A stretch of DNA of 64,000 nt from an uncultured Bdellovibrionales bacterium. Lineage in GTDB: Bacteria; Bdellovibrionota; Bdellovibrionia; Bdellovibrionales; UBA1609. Position numbers and translations under genes: made by a program. Within the stretch, counting starts at the first letter, position 1. Each line of letters starts with the position of its first letter. The stretch covers positions 41,602 through 105,601 of the forward strand of contig CAILEP010000035.1 of NCBI GenBank assembly GCA_903833275.1, written 5' to 3'. Shown one piece after another: positions 9,876 through 17,700 of this stretch. A model generated the notes under the pieces. The model worked only from the letters and a program-made list of their open reading frames with translations, did no database searches and was not told the DNA's origin.

Positions 9876-10844
9876 ATGATTTTTGAGGGCAGCGAAAAGA
9901 AATTTGAATTAACGGTCCGTGACGACGTTAATCTGCTTGATTGGCCCGAAAGCCACTATGCTGGGTTGGTTCGCGCCGCCAATACTCAAATTTTATCGAA
10001 AATTGAGAATCGCCACACCAAAGCGTATTTATTATCCGAATCGAGCCTCTTTGTTTGGCGCAATCGCCTAACGATGATCACTTGCGGTACAACCACCTTA
10101 GTTGATGCTGCGCTACGAGCCTTTGATTTTTTAAAGCCTGAGCAAGTCGAAGCTTTTTTCTACCAACGTAAGAACGAATACTTTCCGCAGCTTCAGAGCA
10201 CTGATTTTATCAATGATACCAAAAAGCTCAATGCTCGCATCAAAGGCAAAGGTTTTCGCTTAGGGCGGCCCGATGAGCACCATCTCTTTTTGTTTCATTC
10301 GGATCAGTTCTATAATGCTCAACATGATGATAAAACTCTCGAAGTTTTAATGTATGGTTTGCAGGGTAAAGCGCGCTCGGTTTTCAACACGACAGGTCTT
10401 GATACTAAGACCATTCGACTCGAGACCGGGGTTGATCAGATTGTGCCTGGCTTTCAGGTTGATGATTTTGCATTTTCACCCATCGGTTATTCTCTGAACG
10501 CCATACAAGATGATCGCTTCTACACCATCCATGTAACCCCGCAAGATGAGAGCCCCTATGTTAGCTTCGAAACCAATCTGACAGAACAGAACAGCTCACC
10601 TGAACTTATTCAGAAAACCCTTCAGTCGGTGCTGGCAGTTTTTCAGCCGCAATCTTTTGATATTATCTATTTCGACCCGCAGACCCCCGATCGGCGATCA
10701 TCGGCGGCGCTTTCGCCGGCCGTATCAGATTATGATTTGCGATCTGAAATACTTGAGAGCTTGAGTTGCGGTTATGACATCCAATACAGCCATCATTCGC
10801 AAGGCAACGTGAAGCGCACTCGGGCTCATAAATTTAAAATTTAA
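9876..10844 (+). CDS. S-adenosylmethionine decarboxylase proenzyme, eukaryote-type (class 2)
   Basis: Aligns by eye along its length with human AMD1. Matches include [40 protein letters not shown] (self-cleavage site, predicted Ser at 10041-10043), ITCGTT/KTCGTT, FFYQRKN/FFYSRKN, TLEVLM/TLEILM and [40 protein letters not shown]. Confidence 0.9.
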   Translation: [322 protein letters not shown]

Positions 10845-10857
10845 TTCGAGGTAACCA

Positions 10858-11805
10858 ATGGCTCCAAAAACGACTAAAGACACCGAGGTCCTTATCAAGA
10901 GCTCTAAAGAGGCGGTCGAGCGTAATGACGCAAATAATTTTTCGGTGCATTTTGATATTACTGAGGTTCTTTACTCGAAGAAAAGCCCATTTCAAAAAGT
11001 TGAAGTGGTGCAAACCAAAGGTCATGGGCGCATGTTGCTCAATGATGATCTCGTGATGATCACCGAGCGCGATGAGTTTGTGTATCATGACATGATTACG
11101 CATGTGCCGCTTTTTGTGCACCCCAACCCGAAGCGAGTTTTGGTCATTGGCGGCGGCGACGGCGGCACGGCGCGAGAGGTTCTGCGCCATAAGTCAGTTG
11201 AAAAGTGTGACATGGTCGAAATCGATGGTTTGGTTGTTGAAGCTTGCCGGCAGTTTATTCCGCAAACGGCTGTCGGCATGCAAGAGTCACCCCGCTTCGA
11301 ACTTTTTATCGAAGATGGCGTAAAGTTTGTGCACGAAACTAAAAATAAATACGATGTTATTATTGTCGATTCGACAGACCCAATTGGCCCCGCGACGCCG
11401 TTGTTTGGTATCGATTTTTACCGTGATGTTTATAAGTGCCTCGCCCCAAATGGTATTGTGGTGAGCCAGGGCGAATCGCCCTTTTATAATGCCGACACAC
11501 AGGTCGCGATGTCGAAAATATTGGGCCAATTGTTTCCGATCGTTAGATACTACAATTTTACCAATCTGACTTACCCCGGCGGGTTTTGGTCATTCAGTTT
11601 TGCCTCGAAAACTCTTCACCCTGTACGCGATTTTGAATATCTGCGGGTGGGGCAGTCAGGCCTAAAATTCAATTACTACAACGCCGAGTTGCACTCGGCG
11701 GCATTTCAATTGCCGTCATTTCAACTTCAAAATATCGCTCAGTATTTGAAAGACGGAGTGGTGACGGCCGCATTCAGTGCAATCGGAAAAAATGGCCGAC
11801 AATAG
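10858..11805 (+). CDS. speE: spermidine synthase
   Basis: 'VLVIGGGDGGTAREVLRH', 'DVIIVDSTDPIGPA' and 'QGESPF'. It lies 13 nt downstream of the AdoMetDC gene. Confidence 0.9.
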   Translation: MAPKTTKDTEVLIKSSKEAVERNDANNFSVHFDITEVLYSKKSPFQKVEVVQTKGHGRMLLNDDLVMITERDEFVYHDMITHVPLFVHPNPKRVLVIGGGDGGTAREVLRHKSVEKCDMVEIDGLVVEACRQFIPQTAVGMQESPRFELFIEDGVKFVHETKNKYDVIIVDSTDPIGPATPLFGIDFYRDVYKCLAPNGIVVSQGESPFYNADTQVAMSKILGQLFPIVRYYNFTNLTYPGGFWSFSFASKTLHPVRDFEYLRVGQSGLKFNYYNAELHSAAFQLPSFQLQNIAQYLKDGVVTAAFSAIGKNGRQ

Positions 11806-12613
11806 ATTCGCTGACGCTTTACCTTTTGAAACCCAAGATCTCGGGACGGGTGATTTTCACCTGGCCGGGCGAAATGTTTCGGCCGCTGAAGTGGTCGAGC
11901 GCCTGGCTCCGCACCTGACAGACGCCCGTATGGCACGCATCTCTCAAGTCGTTGGCGAGCGCACCTACTCTGTGGCCGCGGTCGTAGAGCACCTTTACGA
12001 CATTGGCAATATCTCAGCCGTTATGAGGTCGACCGAAAGCTTTGGCTTTTTGCCCTTTCATATTATCGAGCGACCAGGGGCTCGCTACAAAATGTCAGAT
12101 CGCATCTCACGGGGTACGGAGAAGTGGCTTGATATCCGTAAATATAGAGTTGAGTCTCGAGTTCATCAGACTGTCGCCAATGCGCCAGCCAACGAGTTGA
12201 CCAATCTCCTGACCACCGGCCCCGGCAATCCGATTGCGGCTAACCCAACGGCCGATTGTTTCGATTCACTTCACTCAATGGGTTACAAAATCTATGCCAC
12301 CGATCTTGATGCCACGACAACTATCGACGAAATCGATTTGTCGCAAAAAATCGCCATTGTAATGGGTAATGAGCACGAGGGCATTTCGCCTTACGCTCGC
12401 GAGCATGCCGATGGAAGGGTCATGCTACCCATGTACGGTTTCGCGCAAAGTTTTAATATCTCGGTGGCGGCGGCCCTGACGTTTTCGCAAGTTCACCGGT
12501 CGCGACGCCTGCAGCTTGGCCGAAGTGGTGACCTTACGCCCACTCAAAAACTGAACCTCACCGCCCAGTACTTTTTGCGCACTCTACAAAACGCTGAAGT
12601 TTATTTTAAATAG
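11792..12613 (+). CDS. SpoU/TrmH-family RNA 2'-O-methyltransferase
   Basis: SPOUT motifs 'NISAVMRSTESFG', 'IAIVMGNEHEGIS' and 'IPMYGFAQSFNISVAAAL'. The start is uncertain (ATG at 11777 or 11792). Confidence 0.75.
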   Translation: MADNRFADALPFETQDLGTGDFHLAGRNVSAAEVVERLAPHLTDARMARISQVVGERTYSVAAVVEHLYDIGNISAVMRSTESFGFLPFHIIERPGARYKMSDRISRGTEKWLDIRKYRVESRVHQTVANAPANELTNLLTTGPGNPIAANPTADCFDSLHSMGYKIYATDLDATTTIDEIDLSQKIAIVMGNEHEGISPYAREHADGRVMLPMYGFAQSFNISVAAALTFSQVHRSRRLQLGRSGDLTPTQKLNLTAQYFLRTLQNAEVYFK

Positions 12614-12637
12614 CTCGTTAAAGCGGCACGGCACTCG

Positions 12638-13234
12638 TTAGAGTTGTTTTGAATTTTCAGCTTGTGAAAGTTCAGCCTCAAGAGCTTGGCGCTCTTGTTC
12701 GAGGTGAATTTTTTCGCCTGAAAGAGCAGCTCGGCGCATCTGATCTGTAGATTTATCTATAGATTTATCTGCAGATTGATCTTTTAACATTTGATCTATG
12801 GTTTCGATTTTTCTCACGATTTCTTTTTGATTTTTCTGAAGCGCGGTAAATTTCTGACCATTGTTGTAGCCGCGCACAAATTCATCTCGCAAAAATAGCG
12901 GGCAGGTGGTCGATGAGCTTTGTTGGTTTCGTCGACCTTGCTCGAAGGCAACCGGGTAGGTGCAAAACTGCGCAATACCGCTGTCAAAGCCATTCTGATA
13001 AAGCGCCTCACTCAGCGATTGGTCAGTGTCTTCACACAAAACTTTCACCGCGCGCTGGCTATTATCGGCGAGTCCGCGCGAACCGTCGCGTCGGCCCATT
13101 TCGTACCAATCGAGCTCCTGACAAGCTTCTTTGGTGTGTGGGGCATGCGCACAGCCCGGCAGAAAACCAACCGAGATAAGGCTGAGCCCAAGAGCGGCGA
13201 TTAGCTTCGAAGTTGAAGTTAGGGTCATTCGCAT
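12638..13234 (-). CDS. DUF2799-like lipoprotein
   Basis: Signal peptide plus lipobox 'FLPGC', Cys-containing repeats, and a coiled-coil C-terminus. The start is chosen at the Met preceded by GAGG; other in-frame Mets sit at 13228, 13249 and 13255. Confidence 0.55.
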   Translation of the reverse strand: MRMTLTSTSKLIAALGLSLISVGFLPGCAHAPHTKEACQELDWYEMGRRDGSRGLADNSQRAVKVLCEDTDQSLSEALYQNGFDSGIAQFCTYPVAFEQGRRNQQSSSTTCPLFLRDEFVRGYNNGQKFTALQKNQKEIVRKIETIDQMLKDQSADKSIDKSTDQMRRAALSGEKIHLEQERQALEAELSQAENSKQL

Positions 13235-13462
13235 ACTAGAGAACCTCATTGTCATCGAATTTGAGACACGTCGAAATGGGGTACGGGTTAACAATATAGC
13301 GCGAAATATATAGGCGATTGGGTAAATCGCACAAGACTTGATCAATTTCTAGACGACGCTACGCGCCATGACGGGTTGGCTCGCTCGACGTATTGCTGCT
13401 CTCAATAAAAATCAACTAGGTACTCGGCTATTAATCCAGTTAGAAAATCAGGTAAAATCGAG

Positions 13463-13906
13463 ATGAAAAAACAGACAAAGTCACAGTTAAAGTTACAGTC
13501 AAATTCGCAGCCAAAGAACAAAAAGTCGGCTCTACTTTATGGCGAAACGGCGATTTTAGAAAGCCGCCTTGAGCGCTTTGCCAATCGCACTCTAGTTCGA
13601 AAGTATTTAATTGAATTTACCTGCCCTGAGTTTACCTGTGTCTGCCCTCGCTCGGGCTTTCCGGATTTCGCGACGATCTACATCAAATACGTGCCAGATC
13701 AGTGGTGCGTCGAATTGAAGTCGCTCAAGCTTTACATCAACTCGTTTCGCGATAAAAAGATTTTTCACGAAGACGTCACCAACTCGATTCTCGACGATAT
13801 GATTAAGCTGTTAAATCCGCATGAAATCGAGGTCAAAGGCGACTTCACCGTGCGTGGTAATATTCATACGGTGGTAACGTCTCGCCATGAGAAAAAAAAG
13901 AGCTAG
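13463..13906 (+). CDS. queF: NADPH-dependent 7-cyano-7-deazaguanine (preQ0) reductase, unimodular type
   Basis: 'FTCPEFTCVCPRSGFPDFATIYIKYVP' (catalytic Cys) and the QueF motif 'ELKSLKLYINSFRD'. Confidence 0.9.
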   Translation: MKKQTKSQLKLQSNSQPKNKKSALLYGETAILESRLERFANRTLVRKYLIEFTCPEFTCVCPRSGFPDFATIYIKYVPDQWCVELKSLKLYINSFRDKKIFHEDVTNSILDDMIKLLNPHEIEVKGDFTVRGNIHTVVTSRHEKKKS

Positions 13907-13940
13907 GGTTTCGCCTGACGCGAGAGTCCTAGCTCTTTAG
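13899..13940 (+). terminator. hairpin overlapping the queF stop codon, candidate terminator
   Basis: 9-bp arms agagctagg (13899-13907) and cctagctct (13928-13936), with an inner tcgc/gcga stem, followed by 'ttt'. The U-tract is short. Confidence 0.4.
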
Positions 13941-14202
13941 TGTTGCAAGGCCCAGGGTCTTTCATCGACCTGGTTTACATGAACCTAATACACGATTCAT
14001 GCCAGGCAAAAACGGCTCTTGTCAGGGCGCCCGACAATTGGCCTTATTTGGCCGCTTATCGAACGTGACAATCTACCGCGAACTGCCCAGTCTTTTGACG
14101 TTGACTGCAAATTAGCCAAAGGGCAAAACATTCTTCATCTAGTTCTTTAAAGCAGGTGAAGTGACAATATTTTTACGCAGGATGTTGTCTCAAATCTGAA
14201 AC

Positions 14203-14279
14203 GCGCTCGTAGCTCAGCTGGATAGAGTACCTGGCTTCGAACCAGGGTGTCGGAGGTTCGAATCCTTCCGAGCGCACCA
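14203..14279 (+). tRNA. tRNA-Arg (anticodon TCG), CCA encoded
   Basis: Cloverleaf read by eye. Acceptor stem gcgctcg/cgagcgc, D-arm 'tagctcagctggatagagta', anticodon stem cctgg/ccagg with loop cTTCGaa, T-arm ggagg-ttcgaat-ccttc, discriminator A plus CCA. It is very similar to E. coli tRNA-Arg. Confidence 0.95.
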
Positions 14280-14352
14280 TTTTAGATACGGTACGAACCA
14301 TGGACCCTTGGGTTTCGGAGTTCGTACCGCATCCAAAGTGGCCCAGGTTGCA

Positions 14353-14565
14353 TTCTGGCTTGGCGCCAAAGATCTCAATGTAAACGCCATTTTCACGCAC
14401 AACGATCCGCCGAATTCGACTTCGAAGAATTTCGGCCTGCGCTGCAACCGATAGAGCCTCGAAAGCTCCATCTCTGAAATCTTTGATAAAAGTCATGACA
14501 TTCGAAATATCTAAGCATCTCTTATTGTTATACAATTTTAGTTTGCGATCTGCAAAAAGCACCAT
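14353..14565 (-). pseudogene. possible C-terminal remnant of a large serine recombinase
   Basis: '...LSVAAQAEILRSRIRRIVVRENGVYIEIFG' resembles the extreme C-terminus of large serine recombinases. The enclosing ORF runs antisense through the tRNA, so it is not an intact gene. Confidence 0.3.
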
Positions 14566-14746
14566 TTTTCGGCTCTTTTTTCGCGACGACCCGAACGCGG
14601 AATCTCATCCATAAAAAGATCGTAAAAGGTTTTAAAATGAGCGCGTTGAACGAAGCAAAAGTTAAACGCTAATGATCGACTCAGGGATTGGTTTTTAAAG
14701 ATTTGCGGAAATCCGAGTTGACGGAAGAAGCCAGCAACTGGCGTGA

Positions 14747-17700
14747 TTACTGCGTGCAGTGATAATTGAATTGTTGGCTCGCGGTTGGCGATGCGGAGAA
14801 GTTCATAACCAATGCTGTTGTACTGGCAGAGACATACCACTGGATCGAGCCAGGAAAGCCCGCTGCGGGCGTAATGACGCAGTAAGGAGCCGTGGTATAG
14901 GCTGAGGCAAAAGTAATGGTACAGGCTGTTGGACTTCCGGTGCCTAGGGTTACAACTCCACGGGTATCATTACCCGTAATTGCGGGTGATGTTCCGCAAG
15001 TTCCAACGGTCGCCGCTGTTCCAGAATTCGTAATATGGCCATGAACATCAAGCAGTGCTCCGGGCGCCGTAGTGCCGATGCCGACGTTACCGGTGTCAAA
15101 TGTTGTAGAGGTTCCGTTACGACCTACTGTCATCCAACTTGTACCGGAATTTTTAAAGATGACACTACCGCCGACGCTATTGACGATGGCATTGAATCCA
15201 TCGCCGACACCAAAAGAGGCGCCTCGCGAATTGGTGGTATCGGTAAACAGCGCTATGGGCGAAGCCGAGGACTGAACGTCCAGCCTTTGAGCCGGGCTCG
15301 TCGTGCCTACACCAACATTGCCATTCGTGAAATTAACGCTGCCGGTGCCGAGCGATGCGATGTTGAGAGAAATATTGGTGTCGGTGCCGCCCGCGACTCC
15401 AAGGGTCGGAGCTGAGCCATTTGATGCATTAGTAATATTAAGGCTATTTGTTGACGTATTTGCAGTTGTGTTGCCGCTTGAAAAGCTTAGAAATTTATTG
15501 CCGTAATTGATGTCAGTCATTGTGACAGAAGAAGGGAACCGCCACGAACCTGAATAGAGCCCAAGGACTGTTGAACCGCCGGCGACAAAAGAGAAACCGC
15601 CGTCACCATTGGCTTTAAAACCTGAATTTGTATAGTTCGTAAATGAATACGAAGGCGCAGCGGCACTTCCATTCGGCATGAATATCTGACCACTGCCAAT
15701 CGTGAGTGCGGCAGATGGGCTTGTCGTGCCGATTCCAACGTTGCCGGCTCCATTCAAAGTCATGACTTGCTTCGTTCCAACCGTGGCTGCTCCATCTACT
15801 CCGTAATTCCATAAGTAAAAATCAATCGCATTGTCGCCCGCGACCCCACTACTGTGCCTGGTCTTAATCGAATGTTGATATGACGTACTGTTGTTGTATG
15901 CGAACACGATCTGGTTGTTTCCAAAATAACTTGCTGAATTGCCCGCACGGAGACCGATGGCTGTGTTACTTCCAGTTCCGCCACCTGATTGATTTACGTC
16001 TAACAAATAGCTTGGCGCCGTAGTGCCGATGCCGACGTTGCCGCCTGTGAATGTCGCCGCATAGCCAGCTCCGGATTGCGCGACCGCTAAAGCCGTGTTC
16101 GCACTATTTGTATTTATCGTCTCTTGAACCGTCGTGATTCCGTTTCCGCCGGTTTGAGTGACGCCACCGCTTAGCGTCCATCCGCTGCCGTAAGTTTTCG
16201 TTAAAGTGCCGTCACCCAAGTAGATGGTTCCGGACTGACCAGCCCCTGTGATGCCGTTGTTAATCTTAACAAAACCGGTTTCGACATCGAGACCATAAGC
16301 TGGCGCCGTCGTTCCGATTCCAACGTTGCCGGCCGAGGAGATAGTCATTCGATTCGTGCCGTTTGTTGTTGTAGAGTTTGCAGCGGTATAAAAATTAATA
16401 TCAGTGGCTGCATTGAAGTAACCAGAACCTCCTCCAATTAAAACAGAACTTGTAGATGAGGTATTTGCTCCCAAGATTATGGCCTGGGGACTTTGAGCCG
16501 AGTTGTAATGTGGCATGCCAATTCTTGCGGCCTTATTTGTAGCGTCGGTTCGTGTTTTTAGAACATTATCCGCTCCAATAATTAGTCCTATGGTTCCATC
16601 GGAGATATCTAGTGAAGCACCGGGGCTTATCGTCCCAATCCCGACGCGCCCACTTGAATCAACTCGGAGGCGTTCAGAACCCCCTGTAGAAAGGGCTATT
16701 GCGCTTGCAGCAGGTTGCCATAATCCAGACGCTGTATCTGCCGAGAACGTATGAGATGGGAGGGCAGCGGTGCCTTGAGAGGCCGCAATCACGCCGCCCG
16801 AATAAATGTTTCCGGCAATTCCAACGCCTCCGCTGACCGTTAAAGCGCCCGTCGTGGTCGATGTAGATGCCGTCGAATTAGTGACCGCTCCGGTGCCGGC
16901 ACTCGTAAAGCCGCCGGTTAAGGTCGAAAGGCCCGTTACCCCTAAAGTCGTACCTACGGTGGCCGCGTTCGTGACCGCGAGGCCCGTACCTGTACCCGTG
17001 ATCGAGACATCACCTGAGAACGTGTCGTTTCCGGCGATCGTCTGGCCACCGGCGGTCGTTGCAAGCGTGAGCCGTGAGGCCGACGAATTCGTGTAATAGA
17101 GACTTGTGCCGTCGTATTCGACAGCGCCTGCTTCAGGTGTTGAAAGTAAGGTGCCTGAGTTAAATTTCAAAGGCGATGTTCCAGCGGTTGCAGTGCCGGC
17201 TTTTAACGTCAAGATTGCACTCGGTGAAGTTGTTCCGATTGCCGTTTGACCGCTTGAATTGATCCGCATTCTTTCGGTGCCACCAGTTGACCAAGCAATA
17301 GAGCTCGCTGCTGGCTGCCAAAGCCCTGAAGCCGTATCCGCCGAAAATGTATGCGATGGCAGGGCCGCCGTACCTTGCGACGATGCAACGACGCCGCCGA
17401 GATAAATATTTCCGCCAACGCCAATGCCGCCACCGACAGTCAATGCACCGGTTGTCGTCGATGTTGAAGCCGTGTTGCTGGTGATCGCACCAGCCGCCGC
17501 ACTTGTGAATCCGCCGGTTAAGGTCGTAAGACCCGTTACACCTAAAGTTGTTCCAACCGTTGCGGCGTTTGTTACTACGAGGCCCGTTCCGCTTCCGGAC
17601 ATCGTGACGTCTTGAGAAAACGATTGCGAGCCTGCACCGTTGGTAGATGCGATTGTTCGACGAGTCGCGGTCCAGTCCGTGTAGTAAAGACTTGTTCCGT

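Noticed and set aside
12748-12782. Tandem 12-nt repeat tagatttatcta/tagatttatctg inside the DUF2799-like gene
   Set aside because: It has two and a half copies in frame, encoding DKSIDKST within a low-complexity coiled-coil tail. This is ordinary slippage with no further signal.
13346-13462. Possible preQ1 riboswitch upstream of queF, based on an A-rich 'ctcaataaaaatcaactagg' segment
   Set aside because: I could not find the short P1 hairpin that must precede the A-rich tail. The segment lies ~60 nt from the start codon, so it would not sequester the SD. An Infernal/Rfam scan would settle it.
14143-14171. Promoter for tRNA-Arg (TTCTTT-17 nt-AATATT)
   Set aside because: The spacing is right, but the -35 box is weak and many similar AT-rich hexamers occur nearby. 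It is not supportable without TSS data.
14173-14565. 130-aa minus-strand ORF treated as an intact gene
   Set aside because: Its last ~35 codons are simply the antisense of tRNA-Arg. Only the upstream part (14353-14565) may be a recombinase remnant.
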